64,000 bases of DNA from Candidatus Eiseniibacteriota bacterium. GTDB lineage: Bacteria > Eisenbacteria > RBG-16-71-46. The DNA lies in NCBI GenBank assembly GCA_963717935.1, contig CAVQXP010000004.1:1952001-2016000 (forward strand). The letters are read 5' to 3'. This document shows, one piece after another, positions 39,618-50,536 of this stretch (position 1 is its first letter; every line of letters starts with the position of its first letter). The notes below the pieces were generated by a model. It did not search any database and was not told the DNA's origin. It saw only the letters and a program-made list of their open reading frames with translations. The position numbers and the translations under genes were made by a program.

Positions 39618-39620
39618 AGT
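39592..39620 (+). promoter_or_regulatory. Putative sigma70 promoter
   Basis: TTGACG-N17-TAGAGT. Confidence 0.6.
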
Positions 39621-39719
39621 GCCCGTTTCGGGAGGACCGACCCGCGGTCCGCCGGGGCGCCCACGGCGTGTGGGGCCGCAGGACCGGCGGGTTCGCAACG
39701 TGCAGGAGGGAGGTAACTC

Positions 39720-40733
39720 GTGGCCCGCAAGACGCTTCGCATCGGGCTCGTCGGCGTAGGGGCCGCGGCTCAGATCAACCACATCCCGGCATTGAAGAGG
39801 ATGGAGGACTTCGAGCTGGTGGCGCTCTGCGATCGCGACGCCGAGAAGGGCGCGCGCGTGGCGCAGAAGTTCCAGGTCCCGAAGTCGTACGGGCGGATCG
39901 AGGAGCTGCTCGGCGACGAGGAAGTGGACGTGGTGAACCTGTGCACGCCGAACTACCTGCACGCGCCCATGGCGGTCGCAGCGCTGGAGGCTGGCAAGCA
40001 CGTGTTCTGCGAGCGCCCGCTCTCGCGCAGCGCGGACGAGGCCGCGGCCATGGTCAAGGCGGCGAAGAAGCACGAGCGGGTCCTCATGTGCTCGGTCCAG
40101 CACCGTTTCCGCCCGGACGCGCAGCTGCTGCGCAAGTTCGTCGAAAAGGGCGACCTGGGTGAGATCTTCTTCGTCAAGGCGGGCTGGCTGCGCCAGCGCA
40201 CGCACTGGGACTCCGACGAGTGGCGCCGGCAGAAGCGCGAATCCGGGGGCGGCGTGATCCTCGACCTCGGCTTCCAGATGCTGGACCAGGCGCTCTGGAT
40301 TCTGGGCGGCCCGAAGGTGGAGTCGGTGACCGCGAGCCTGCACCGGGCCCGCAAGGGTGAGGTGGAGGACAACGCGATCGCGTTCTTCCGTCTGGCGTCC
40401 GGGGCGACCCTCACGCTCGAGGTGACCTGGGGTCTGCTCATGGAGAAGGATTTCGCGTACGTGAACCTGTTCGGCTCGGGCGGGGCGGCGTTGCTCAACC
40501 CGCTGCGCATCCACAAGGGCATGCACGGCACGCTCGTGAACGTGACGCCGCAGGTGGAGACCTCGCGCTTCCAGTACAAGCAGTCCATGGAGGCCCAGTT
40601 CGCCCATTTCGCCGATGCGCTGCGCAAGGGCGGCCAGCCGATGGGGGCGGCGGAGGAGATCCTGCCCGTCATGGAGATGCTGGACGCGGTCTATCGCTCG
40701 GCCGAGCAGGGCAAGGAGGTCCGACTCGCCTAG
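39720..40733 (+). CDS. Gfo/Idh/MocA-family oxidoreductase
   Basis: GLVGVG, CTPNYLH, AGKHVFCERP, SGGGVILDLG; GGAGGT RBS. Confidence 0.92.
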   Translation: MARKTLRIGLVGVGAAAQINHIPALKRMEDFELVALCDRDAEKGARVAQKFQVPKSYGRIEELLGDEEVDVVNLCTPNYLHAPMAVAALEAGKHVFCERPLSRSADEAAAMVKAAKKHERVLMCSVQHRFRPDAQLLRKFVEKGDLGEIFFVKAGWLRQRTHWDSDEWRRQKRESGGGVILDLGFQMLDQALWILGGPKVESVTASLHRARKGEVEDNAIAFFRLASGATLTLEVTWGLLMEKDFAYVNLFGSGGAALLNPLRIHKGMHGTLVNVTPQVETSRFQYKQSMEAQFAHFADALRKGGQPMGAAEEILPVMEMLDAVYRSAEQGKEVRLA

Positions 40734-40758
40734 GTCCGCCGGGTCTCGAGAGAGAGCG

Positions 40759-42310
40759 CTGGCGATCGCCTCGGGCATCCTGCTGGGGGTCGCCTTCCTG
40801 CCACGCGTGCCGGGTTTCGTCGCGTGGGGGGCGCTGGTGCCCCTCCTCGTCGGGCTGGAGCAGCGCGCGCGCCGCTCCGCCACGGCCGGGTCGCTGTTCC
40901 GGCTGGGCTGGCTCTTCGGGTTCGTCTTCTTCCTGATCGGGACTCACTGGATCGCGCTGCTCTCGGAGGTCGCGATCACGGTGCCGTGGCTCAAGTACCC
41001 GGCCTGGGTCGTGGCGGCGGCCTACCTTGCCCTGTACAGCGGGCTCGCGACGCTCGTCGCGGGGGTACTGGCGCGGCCGACGGGACCGCGGTGGCGGGGG
41101 CCGCGGGGGACGGCCCGGGTCCCGCTGGCGCTCGTCGTTCCCGGCGGTCTTCCTGTGCGTCGAGGAGCTGCGCGCCTCGGGCGAAGTCGGCTTCCCGTGG
41201 TTCCAGCCGGGCTACACGCAGCACGGCTACGTACCCATCCTGCAACTCGCGAGCCTGGGGAGCGTGAGTCTGGTGACGCTGTGGGTGGTGCTGGTGAACG
41301 TGCTGCTGTGGCGTGCGCTGGCGGGGAGCGCGCGTCTGCGCTCGGCACTCGGCGCTCTCCTGCTCGTGCTCGTGCCGTGGCTGTGGGGGCAGCGCGTGCT
41401 GCAGGTCACCACGAGGCCGGCCGGAGCGGCGGACCCGGCACGGGCGGTGGCGCTGGTGCAGGGGAACGTGCCGGGGGAGATCAAGTGGTCGGGGAAGCAT
41501 CAGCGGGAGATCCTCGCCACGTTCCTCGCGCTCTCGGACGAGGCCGCGGCCCGCAGGCCGCGGCCCGTCGTGGCGATCTGGCCGGAGACCGCGACGGGCA
41601 GCTACCTGCGCAAGCAGGTCGACCAGGCGCTGGCCGTGGCGGGTTTCGCAGCCCGTACCGGTGTACCGGTCTTCTCGGGCTTCGCCGACTACGGCTGGGA
41701 CCGGGACGGTCGGCAGCGCTCCTACAATTCCGCCGGGTTGTTCGCGTCGGACGGCTCGCTTGGACCCGTCTACGCGAAGCGGCACCTCGTGCCGTTCGGC
41801 GAGCGCATGCCGTTCCAGCGCCTGGTCCCCTGGCTCGGACGCCTCGATCTCGGGCAGGCCGAGTGGACCCCGGGCGAGCGGACGGTGCTGTTCCCGAGTG
41901 CGGCGGGGCCGTTCACCTGCCTGGTGTGCTTCGAGGCGATCTTCCCCGACCTGGCGCGCGCCGACGTGCGCGCAGGGTCGCGCTGGCTCGTGAACATCAC
42001 GAACGACGAGTGGTTCGGAAACAGTGCGGCGCTCTATCAGCACGCGGCGATGTCGGTGTTCCGGGCGGTGGAGAACCGGGTGCCGCTGGCGCGCTGCGCC
42101 AACACCGGCCTCACGCTGGTGGCGGACGCGAACGGGCGCGTGGTCGCGAAGCTGCCCGTGTTCGAGCCGGGCGTGCTGGTGACGGAGCTCCCGCGTCCCG
42201 CCGCGATCGGGTTCCCGACGCCGTACACGCGTTTCGGTGACTGGCCGGGCCTGCTGAGCCTCCTGGCGGTCGTCGGGCTCGCACTGCGCGCTGCCACGCG
42301 GTCGCGTTGA
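40759..42310 (+). CDS. lnt: Apolipoprotein N-acyltransferase (start uncertain; frameshift near 41140)
   Basis: TM-rich N-terminus; GFPW, VQGNV, WPET, YAKRHLVPFGE, VCFEAIFP, NITNDEWFG, RAVEN, RCANTG. Confidence 0.92.
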
Positions 42311-42336
42311 CACCTGCCCGAGCGCGTGGCTACCAT
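42307..42336 (+). promoter_or_regulatory. Putative sigma70 promoter upstream of asd
   Basis: TTGACA-N18-TACCAT. Confidence 0.6.
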
Positions 42337-42413
42337 GCGCCTTCCGCTTTCATCCTCCCGCGACCCTGTAGCCTCTGGAGTGCCGGTGCCGTGACGCCAG
42401 CTTCGGTGGTGCG

Positions 42414-43449
42414 ATGAACCTCCGCCTGGGCATCCTGGGCGCGACGGGACTCGTCGGCAGGACCATGCTCGCTCTGCTGGACGAGCGTGCCTTCCCTGTG
42501 GACGAGCCCCGGTTGCTGGCCAGTGGCCGATCCGAAGAGCGCACCCTGCGCTTCCGGGGCCGGGAGGCACCGGTGCTTCCGGTCTCGGCTGAGGCCTTCG
42601 CGGGCCTCGACGTGGTCCTCTCGGCGGTCTCGAACCCGCTGGCGGAGGAGTGGGTGCCGGTGGCGCGGGCTGCGGGCGCGGTGGTCGTGGACAACAGCAG
42701 CGCCTTCCGCTACGACGAGAACGTCCCGCTGGTGATCCCGGAGGTGAACGGAGCCCTGCTGGCGGACCGGCCGGGGCTCGTCGCCAACCCCAATTGCTCG
42801 ACCATGGGGATCGTGATGGCGCTGGCTCCGCTGGCGCGGGTGGCGCGGCTGCTGCAGGTGGTGGCCGCGACCTACCAGTCGGTCTCGGGCGCGGGCTCCG
42901 AGGCGCTCGAGGAGCTCGAGCGCGGGGTGCGCGCCGGACTCGACGGGCGACCCTCCCGGGCGAGCCGACGGAACACAGCCCTTCGCCTTCAACGTCATCC
43001 CGCGGATCGATCGCTTCGAGGCGAACGGCTACACGCGCGAGGAGATGAAGCTGGTGTGGGAGACGCGCAAGATCCTCGCGCTGCCCGGCCTGCGGGTGGT
43101 CTGCAGCGCGGTGCGCGTGCCGGTGCGGGTCGGCCACGGTGCGGCGGTGCACGCCGTGTTCGACCGTCCGCTCCCCCCGGCCGAGGCTCGCGCATTGTGG
43201 GCGTCGTTCCCCGGGTTGGAAGTGGTGGACGATCCGGCCCGTGGGCTCTACCCCACGCCGCTGGCGTCCGCCGGCCGCGACGAGGTGCTCGTGGGCCGGG
43301 CCCGGCCCGACCTCGACGACGCGCGTGGGCTCGAGTTCTTCGTGTGCTCGGACAACCTGCGCAAGGGAGCGGCCCTGAACGCCGTTCAGATCGCCGAACG
43401 CAGGTTCGGGGTGGAACCTCCCGCGCCAGCGAAGAGGCGGGGCGCATGA
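42414..43449 (+). CDS. asd: Aspartate-semialdehyde dehydrogenase (frameshift near 42970)
   Basis: GATGLVG, DNSSAFR, PEVN, ANPNCST, TYQSVSGAG, AFNVIP, ETRKIL, VRVPV, DNLRKGAA. Confidence 0.94.
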
Positions 43450-44171
43450 CGTCGCGCGAGCGCGTGGCGCCGCTCCTGCTGGGAGCGCTGGCCGGGTCGC
43501 TCGTCGCGGGGCGGCTCGTGACGGCCGCGGGCTGTGTCGTGGTGGCGGGGACGTGCGCGACGCTCGCGGGGGCACGGTGGCCGGGCGCCTCGACACTGCG
43601 GCTCGTGGGGTTCGGGATGGCCGTGGCGGTCGTGCTGAACACCCTGCTCGTCCCGGGCCGGGCGCTGGGCCCGGTGCCGCACGCGAGCGTCGAGGGCCTT
43701 CGGCTGGGAACGCTCCTGAGTCTGCGTCTGGCGGGCGCCGCCGCTGCGGTCCACGGGCTGGCCGCGGCGTGGCCCGGGGAGCGCGCCGCCGACGAGCTCG
43801 TGCGTCTGCTGCGCCCGCTCGAGCGCTTGCGGGTCCCGGTGCGCGAGGCGCGCGCGGTGCTGGGGCTGGCGCTGCGCTTCGTCCCGCTGCTGGCGGGCGA
43901 GGGCACGCGCATCGCGCGCATCCAGGGATTGCGCGCGGGCCGGCCGCCGCGCGGCTGGCGGGAGCGGTTCACGCGCCGGCGCGCGGTCGTGATCCCGGTC
44001 GTGGTGAACGCGCTCGAGCGCGCCGAGCGCGTGAGTCTGGCGCTCGAGGCGCGGCACCACCGCCTGCGGACCGTGGCGCTCCCGGCGACGCGCACGGGGC
44101 GCGGGGCCGGGTGGGCGTGGGGGCTCGCGGGGCTCGCGGTGGCGGTCACGAGCCTGGTGTGGCGGGGCTGA
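43446..44171 (+). CDS. ECF transporter T component (EcfT/CbiQ-like)
   Basis: TM helices; LALRFVPLL...IARIQGLRAG, ALERAERVSLALEAR. Confidence 0.8.
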   Translation: MTSRERVAPLLLGALAGSLVAGRLVTAAGCVVVAGTCATLAGARWPGASTLRLVGFGMAVAVVLNTLLVPGRALGPVPHASVEGLRLGTLLSLRLAGAAAAVHGLAAAWPGERAADELVRLLRPLERLRVPVREARAVLGLALRFVPLLAGEGTRIARIQGLRAGRPPRGWRERFTRRRAVVIPVVVNALERAERVSLALEARHHRLRTVALPATRTGRGAGWAWGLAGLAVAVTSLVWRG

Positions 44172-44918
44172 GTGGAGACGATCCGGCTGCGCGTCGCGTA
44201 CGACGGGACGGACTTCCACGGCTGGCAGCGGCAGCCGGGGTGTCGCACGGTGCAGGAGGTGCTCGAAAGGGGATTGGCGGGGGTGCTCGGAGTGGAGGAG
44301 GTCAGGGTCCATGGCGCGGGCAGGACGGATGCGGGGGTTCACGCGCGCGGGCAGGTGGCCTCGTTCTGCGCCGGGACGCGGATCCCGGCCGCCGCGCTGA
44401 AGCACGCGCTCGCGCCGCGCCTGCCGCGGGACGTGCGCGTCCTGGACTCGGCGTCCGCGCCGGACGAATTCGACGCCCGGCGCTCCGCGCTGGCGCGGCG
44501 CTACTCGTACCGCCTGCTGCGCGCGGAGGACCCCACCGAGGAGAGGTTCGCATGGCGGCCACGGCGCTGGCCGGAGAGCGCGGCGCTGGAAGCGGCCACG
44601 CGCATGCTGGAGGGACGGCGGGACTTCTCGTCGTTCCGCTCGACCGGGAGTTCGGAATCGAACCCGGTGTGCGAGGTCACGCGCGCACGCTGGGTCGCGT
44701 GGGAGGGGGGACTCCGGTTCGAGATCGTGGCGGACCACTTCCTCTACCACATGGTGCGGAGCATCGTGGGCACGGCACTGGAGGTCTGCAAGACCGCGGA
44801 CCCGGCGGGTCGGATGCGTGCGGTGATCGAGGCGGGGGACCGCTCGGTCGCGGGGCCGACGGCACCGGCCCGCGGGCTCTGCCTTGAGGAGGTCATGTAC
44901 CCGGGGGTGACGTCATGA
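44172..44918 (+). CDS. truA: tRNA pseudouridine(38-40) synthase
   Basis: YDGTDFHGWQRQ, AGRTDAGVHA, DFSSF, FLYHMVR, TAPARGL. Confidence 0.96.
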   Translation: METIRLRVAYDGTDFHGWQRQPGCRTVQEVLERGLAGVLGVEEVRVHGAGRTDAGVHARGQVASFCAGTRIPAAALKHALAPRLPRDVRVLDSASAPDEFDARRSALARRYSYRLLRAEDPTEERFAWRPRRWPESAALEAATRMLEGRRDFSSFRSTGSSESNPVCEVTRARWVAWEGGLRFEIVADHFLYHMVRSIVGTALEVCKTADPAGRMRAVIEAGDRSVAGPTAPARGLCLEEVMYPGVTS

Positions 44919-46078
44919 GACGCATGGATACCTGGTCGCTGCTGGCGGTTCTCACGTGCGTGCTCTCCGGCGGGTTCCCGGCGGGGGCCCGGGCGCAGCG
45001 GGCGGATCCGGGCCGCGCGCCGACGCGCGCCGAACTCGGCGCGCAACTCTCGACCGCGCGGCGGAACGTGATCAGCGTGGCCGCCGAGCGCGTGAGCCCG
45101 GCGGTGGTGACGGTGAGCGTCGAGGCCACGCGGATGGTGCGCATGGATCCGTTCGGGGGGCTGTTCCGCGACCCCTTCTTCGACCAGTTCATGCCGACAC
45201 CCGAGCGGGCGCAACGCATCTCCGGGTTGGGCTCGGGCGTGATCGTGGATGCGAGCGGAGTCGTGCTCACGAACGAACACGTGGTGCGCGAGGCGCAGAA
45301 GGTCTCGGTCACGCTGCCCGACGGGCGCCAGTTCGCGGCCGAGGTGCTGGGTGCGTCGACGGCCTACGACCTGGCCGTGCTGCGGATCAAGGGAAACCGG
45401 CTGCCGGCGGCGCCGCTGGGACGCAGCGACGACCTGGTGGTGGGCGAGTGGGCGATCGCCATCGGCAACCCGTTCGCGAACCTGCTCGAGAGCACCGAGC
45501 CGACGGTCACCGCCGGGGTGATCAGCGCGACGGACCGGGACATCAAGGGCGGGGCCACGCAGGTGGGGGTCTACAAGCACATGATCCAGACGGACGCCGC
45601 CATCAACCCGGGCAACAGCGGTGGCGCGCTGGTGAACGCGGAGGGGGAGGTGATCGGCATCAACACGTTCATCTTCTCGGGCAGCGGCGGCTCGGTGGGC
45701 ATCGGTTTCGCCATCCCGATCGATCTCGCGCGCCGCATCCTCGAGGAGGTGACGAGCTACGGGCGCGTCCGCGTGGCGTGGCCGGGGATGCAGGTGCAGG
45801 TGGTGGACGGTCGCCTGGCTCAGCAGCTGGGCTGGTCGGACGGGGGGGGCATGGTCGTGACCCGGATCGAGCCGGGCGGGCCCGCCGCCAAGGCCGGCGT
45901 GCAGGTCCGGGACCGCATCCGCAAGGTGAACGGGCGCGCGGTGGACACGGTGGACGACATCCAGGCCAGCGTCTACGGCCGATTCGTGGGGGACGCGTTG
46001 ACGTTGACGCTCGAGCGGGAAGGGCGCGCGCTCACGCTCCCGGTCGTGCTGGCCGAGGCCCCGCGGAGCACGGAATGA
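44915..46078 (+). CDS. HtrA/DegP-family serine protease with one PDZ domain
   Basis: Signal peptide; GSGVI, TNEHV, DLAVL, IQTDAAINPGNSGG; C-terminal PDZ. Confidence 0.93.
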   Translation: MRRMDTWSLLAVLTCVLSGGFPAGARAQRADPGRAPTRAELGAQLSTARRNVISVAAERVSPAVVTVSVEATRMVRMDPFGGLFRDPFFDQFMPTPERAQRISGLGSGVIVDASGVVLTNEHVVREAQKVSVTLPDGRQFAAEVLGASTAYDLAVLRIKGNRLPAAPLGRSDDLVVGEWAIAIGNPFANLLESTEPTVTAGVISATDRDIKGGATQVGVYKHMIQTDAAINPGNSGGALVNAEGEVIGINTFIFSGSGGSVGIGFAIPIDLARRILEEVTSYGRVRVAWPGMQVQVVDGRLAQQLGWSDGGGMVVTRIEPGGPAAKAGVQVRDRIRKVNGRAVDTVDDIQASVYGRFVGDALTLTLEREGRALTLPVVLAEAPRSTE

Positions 46079-47379
46079 TTGCGCGCTACTGCCGGCCGGA
46101 GATGCTGCGCGCCTGGTGTGACGAGCGCCGGCTGGAGCGCTGGCTCGAGGTGGAGCTGGCGGCGACGGGCGCCCGCGAGGACCGCGGGTGGGTCCCCGCC
46201 GGCACCACCTCCCGGCTCGCCGCCGGCGCCCGCCTCGACCGGTGCCGGATGGAGGTCATCGAAGCCGACGTCGGGCACGACGTCATCGCATTCCTGACGA
46301 TGCTGGGCGAGTCCGCGGGCGCGGACGCGCGTCATCTGCACGTGGGGATGACCTCTTCGGACCTGGTCGACACGGCACTCGCGCTCCAGATCGGCGAGGC
46401 GGGCGCAGTGCTCGCGGGCGGCGTGAGGCGCGTCCGGCGCGCGGCCTGGGAACTGGCGCAGGCGCATCGCCGCACGGTGATGGTGGGGCGCACGCACGGC
46501 ATGCACGCGGAGCCCATCACCTTCGGGCTCAAGTGCCTGAGCTGGAGCGAGGAACTGGGCCGCGACCTGGCGCGCCTCGGCGTCGCTCTCGAGGACTGCG
46601 CGGTGGGCAAGCTCTCGGGCGCGGTGGGCACGCTCGCGCACCTCGACGCCGCGACCGAAGCGGCGGTGCTCGGCGCGGCTGGGACTGCGGGCCGAGCCGG
46701 CCGCGAGCCAGGTGGTGTGCCGCGACCGTCACGCCGCGCTGCTCGCGGCCCTCGCGGTACTGGGGGGCACGCTCGAGCGCATCGCGACCGAGGTGCGCCA
46801 CCTGCAACGCAGCGAGGTGCGCGAGGCGGCGGAGCCCTTCGGCGCGAAGCAGAAGGGCTCGTCCGCCATGCCGCACAAGCGGAACCCGGTGCGTTGCGAA
46901 CGCGTGAGCGGCCTCGCGCGCCTCCTGCAGAGGCTACGCGGCGGCCGGCCTCGAGGACCAGGCGCTGTGGCACGAACGGGACATCAGCCATTCGTCGGTC
47001 GAGCGCGTCATCCTGCCGGACGCATTCCTGGTCGCGGACTTCATGGCGGCCGAGCTGGGCGACGTGCTCGCACACCTGCGCGTGGACCCGGCGGCGATGC
47101 GCCGGAACCTGGACGCGGGCGGTGGGCTCGTGCACTCGCAGCGGGTGCTGCTCGGCGCTCACCGGAGCGGGGCTGGCGCGTGACGAGGCGTACCGCATCG
47201 TGCAGGAACACGCGCTGGGGGCGCTCGAGGGCGGGGTGGCGTTCCGCGCCGCGCTCGAGGCCGACCCGCGCGTGGCCGCGGTGATGACGCCCGTCTCCCT
47301 CGCGGCGTGCTTCGACCTGGAGTATCACCTGAGGAGCGTGGACGAGATCTTCGCGCGCACCGCGGAGCCCGGGGAGTGA
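46075..47379 (+). CDS. purB: Adenylosuccinate lyase (frameshifts)
   Basis: [50 protein letters not shown]. Confidence 0.94.
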   Translation: MIARYCRPEMLRAWCDERRLERWLEVELAATGAREDRGWVPAGTTSRLAAGARLDRCRMEVIEADVGHDVIAFLTMLGESAGADARHLHVGMTSSDLVDTALALQIGEAGAVLAGGVRRVRRAAWELAQAHRRTVMVGRTHGMHAEPITFGLKCLSWSEELGRDLARLGVALEDCAVGKLSGAVGTLAHLDAATEAAVLGAAGTAGRAGREPGGVPRPSRRAARGPRGTGGHARAHRDRGAPPATQRGARGGGALRREAEGLVRHAAQAEPGALRTRERPRAPPAEATRRPASRTRRCGTNGTSAIRRSSASSCRTHSWSRTSWRPSWATCSHTCAWTRRRCAGTWTRAVGSCTRSGCCSALTGAGLARDEAYRIVQEHALGALEGGVAFRAALEADPRVAAVMTPVSLAACFDLEYHLRSVDEIFARTAEPGE

Positions 47380-49721
47380 GCGCCGCGGCTTGCGTCACGC
47401 CCGCCTGGACCCCGGCCGAGGCGGCGGACCCGGGAAAGGTCTCGGCCGGGCTCGCCGCCCGCGGCGTGAGCCTCGAGCCCGACGAGGTCACGCTCCTGGG
47501 CGACCTGCTCGGGCGCCCGCCCGCGTGGCCGGAGGCCGTGCTCTTCGGGATCCTCTGGAGCGAGCATTGCTCGTACAAGTCCACGCGGCACCTCCTCCGG
47601 CGCCTGCCGACGCGCGCTCCGCAGGTGATCCTGGGGCCTGGCGAGGACGCCGGTGTCGTGGCTTTGCCCGCGCCGTGCGACGACCTTGCGCTCGTGCTGG
47701 CGCACGAGAGCCACAACCACCCGAGCCAGGTGCTGCCGGTCGAGGGCGCGGCGACCGGGGTCGGCGGGATCGTGCGGGACGTGGGCTGCATGGGAGCCGA
47801 GGTCGTGGGCGTGCTGGACTCGCTGCGCTTTGGTGACCCGCGGGGCAGCGTGCACGTGCGGGACGTGGTGCGGGGCGTGGTACAGGGCATCGCGGACTAC
47901 GGCAACGCGCTCGGCGTGCCGAACCTCGGGGGGGACGTCGCATTCGACGCGGGCTTCGACGCCAACTGCCTGGTGAACGTGATGGCGGTCGGGCTCGCTC
48001 CGCGCGACGGCATCCTGCGCAGCCGCGTGCCGGACGGCGAAGGCCCCTGGGCGTTCGTCCTGGTGGGCAAGCCCACGGACGAGAGCGGCTTCGGCGGCGC
48101 GGCGTTCGCCTCGGGCGAGCTGGGTGGGGACCAGCGCGGGGCGGTGCAGCTGCCCGACCCGTTCCTGAAACGTGTGCTGCACGTGGCGAACGCCGAGGCG
48201 TTCCGCCTGATCCGCGAGCGCGGCGTGCCGGCGGGGTTCAAGGACCTCGGCGCGGGAGGGGCCGCGTGCGCCACGAGCGAACTGGCCGCCGCGGGCGGGC
48301 GGGGCGCGGAGATCGCCCTCGACCGGCTGCACCGGGTGCCGCGCCCGCTGCCGCCGGAGGTGCTGCTGTGCGCCGAGACGCAGGAGCGTTTCTGCTGGGT
48401 GGTGCCGGAGGCGTTCGCGCCGGAGCTGGCGGCGCTCTACAACGACACCTTTGCGCTCGGCACGGTCTACCCGGGGGCGGGAGCGAGTGTCATCGGGCTG
48501 GTGCGGGACGAGCCGCGTTACCGGGTGACCTGGCACGGCGAGACGCTGGTGGACTGCGCGGTGGAGGCCATCACCACCGGGCGGCGTGTGGAGCGCGCGG
48601 CGCGGCGCCGGCCGCCGGCGGCCCGGGCGAAGCCCCGGCGCCACGACGCCGACCCGAGGACGGCGCTGCTCGCGCTGCTCTCGTCGTTCCACCTGTGCTC
48701 GCGCGAGTACCTCTTCCGGCACTACGACGGCGAGGTCCAGGGGCGCACGTGGCTGCGCCCCGGCGAGGGGGACGCAGCGGTGATCCGCGCGCACCCGGAG
48801 CGCCCCACGGGGGTCGCCTTCGCCGTCGGCGGGAACCCGTTCTGGTGCGCGAGCGACCCGGAGTTGGGAGCGCGGCACGCCGTGGCGGAGGCGGCCCGGA
48901 ACGTGGCGTGCGTGGGTGCGCGACCCTGGGCCCTCACCGACTGCCTGAACTTCGGCCACCCGCAGGACGCGGGGGTGATGGGAGACCTGGAGGCGACGCT
49001 CGAGGGGCTGGCGGTGGCGGCGGAGGCGCTTGGCGGGCTGGCGGCCCGCGGGGCGCCGCTGCCGTACGTGAGCGGGAACGTGAGCCTGTACAACCAGACC
49101 GGGGGCCGCGCGATCCCGCCGTCGCCCATCGTGCTGTGCGCAGGGGTCGTGGGTGACGTGACGCGGACCGTGGGGCAGGCCGTGCGGAGCGCAGGCGACT
49201 TCCTGGTGCTGGTGGGGGAGCCCCGCGACGAACTGAGCGGCTCGGCCTTCCTGCGCGAGGTCCTGCGCGAGGAGGCCGGGGGGCCGCCCGCGCTCGACCT
49301 GGAGCGCGAGGCACGGCTGCAGGAGCTGGCGGTGGCCGCGGCGGAGGAGCGCTGGGTGCGCGCGGCGCACGACGTCTCGGATGGGGGCGTCGCGGTCACC
49401 GTTGCGGAGATGCTGCTCGCCGCGCCGCGCCCGCGTGGGCTGGGGCTCGACGTGGACCTCGCCGCGCTGGAGACCGAGACGGCGCTGGCGCTGTTCTCGG
49501 AGCGGCCGGGCATCGTCTTCGAGGTGAGCCCGGACCGGGCCGCGCGTCTCTTCCAGGCGGCGCGCGAGCGCTCCCTGCTCGCCTGGCCGATCGGGGCGGT
49601 GAGCGCGGGAGGGAATCTGCGCGTCCGGCTCGCCGGGTCGGTCGTCGAGTGGACGGCCCTCGAACTGGCCGCGGCGGTGGACGGGCCGCTCGCGGGGCTG
49701 TGGAACGAGGAGCTCGGATGA
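47376..49721 (+). CDS. purL: FGAM synthase subunit PurL (small type)
   Basis: WSEHCSYKS, ESHNHPS, GAATGVGGIVRD, DLGAGG, ETQER, DCLNFG, SGNVSLYN, HDVSDGG. Confidence 0.96.
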   Translation: MSAAACVTPAWTPAEAADPGKVSAGLAARGVSLEPDEVTLLGDLLGRPPAWPEAVLFGILWSEHCSYKSTRHLLRRLPTRAPQVILGPGEDAGVVALPAPCDDLALVLAHESHNHPSQVLPVEGAATGVGGIVRDVGCMGAEVVGVLDSLRFGDPRGSVHVRDVVRGVVQGIADYGNALGVPNLGGDVAFDAGFDANCLVNVMAVGLAPRDGILRSRVPDGEGPWAFVLVGKPTDESGFGGAAFASGELGGDQRGAVQLPDPFLKRVLHVANAEAFRLIRERGVPAGFKDLGAGGAACATSELAAAGGRGAEIALDRLHRVPRPLPPEVLLCAETQERFCWVVPEAFAPELAALYNDTFALGTVYPGAGASVIGLVRDEPRYRVTWHGETLVDCAVEAITTGRRVERAARRRPPAARAKPRRHDADPRTALLALLSSFHLCSREYLFRHYDGEVQGRTWLRPGEGDAAVIRAHPERPTGVAFAVGGNPFWCASDPELGARHAVAEAARNVACVGARPWALTDCLNFGHPQDAGVMGDLEATLEGLAVAAEALGGLAARGAPLPYVSGNVSLYNQTGGRAIPPSPIVLCAGVVGDVTRTVGQAVRSAGDFLVLVGEPRDELSGSAFLREVLREEAGGPPALDLEREARLQELAVAAAEERWVRAAHDVSDGGVAVTVAEMLLAAPRPRGLGLDVDLAALETETALALFSERPGIVFEVSPDRAARLFQAARERSLLAWPIGAVSAGGNLRVRLAGSVVEWTALELAAAVDGPLAGLWNEELG

Positions 49722-50536
49722 GCGCTCCCCGCGTGGCCGTGATCCAGTTCCCGGGCGTGAACTGCGAGGCCGAGACGGTGCGGGCGCTCGGGCGCGCGGG
49801 GCTGGCGGCAGAGGTCTTCCGCTGGACGCGGCCGGCGCGCGGGCTCCGGGGCTACGAGGCCTACGTGCTGCCGGGCGGGTTCTCCTGGCAGGACCGCGTG
49901 CGGGCCGGTGCCCTGGCCGCGAAGGACACGCTGATGGAGACGCTCGCGGACGAGGCCGGGGCGCGGGGCAAGCCGGTGCTCGGGATCTGCAACGGCGCGC
50001 AGGTGCTGGTGGAGGCCGGCCTCGTGCCGGGCGGGGGCGATGTCGACGTGGCGCTGGCGCGGAACCGCATGGAGGGCCGGTCGGGGTACTTCGCGCGCTG
50101 GATCCACGTGCGCGTCGAGCGCTCGGCGTGTGTGTTCACGCGGGATCTTCCCGCGGGCACCGTGCTCCCGCTTCCGGTGGCCCACGGCGAGGGCCGCTTC
50201 ACGTCCGCGGATCCAGGGCGCATGGCCGCCCTGCTGGACGCGGGCCAGGTGCCGCTGCGCTATGCCCTCGCGGACGGCAGGATGGCCACGGAGTTCCCGG
50301 AGGATCCGAACGGTTCCGAGCTGGGCGCGGCCGCCGCCTGCAACGCGGCGGGCAACGTGCTCGCGATGATGCCGCACCCGGAGCGCGCGCTCGAGCTGGG
50401 CCAGCTCTGCCGGGGCATCCCGGGGGAGTGGGCGGTCCGGCGCGAGGTCGCGTGCGAGGCCGGGACCGCGACCGAGGAGCGGGGACCGGGCCTGCTGTTC
50501 TTCGAAGGGCTGCGGCGCCACCTGGAGGGCGCATGA
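49718..50536 (+). CDS. purQ: FGAM synthase glutaminase subunit
   Basis: FPGVNCE, PGGFS, GICNG, AHGEG, PNGS, MMPHPER. Confidence 0.95.
   Translation: MSAPRVAVIQFPGVNCEAETVRALGRAGLAAEVFRWTRPARGLRGYEAYVLPGGFSWQDRVRAGALAAKDTLMETLADEAGARGKPVLGICNGAQVLVEAGLVPGGGDVDVALARNRMEGRSGYFARWIHVRVERSACVFTRDLPAGTVLPLPVAHGEGRFTSADPGRMAALLDAGQVPLRYALADGRMATEFPEDPNGSELGAAAACNAAGNVLAMMPHPERALELGQLCRGIPGEWAVRREVACEAGTATEERGPGLLFFEGLRRHLEGA

Noticed and set aside
39621..39719. Hairpins in the gfo leader as a possible ncRNA or tRNA
   Set aside because: No cloverleaf or known motif; hairpins are expected by chance at this GC.
42337..42413. Possible lysine riboswitch or attenuator before asd
   Set aside because: The leader is only about 70 nt and lacks recognisable riboswitch or leader-peptide features.
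42414..44171. Apparent Asd-EcfT fusion (585 aa)
   Set aside because: Frameshift artefact. The Asd C-terminal half is in another frame ending at 43449.
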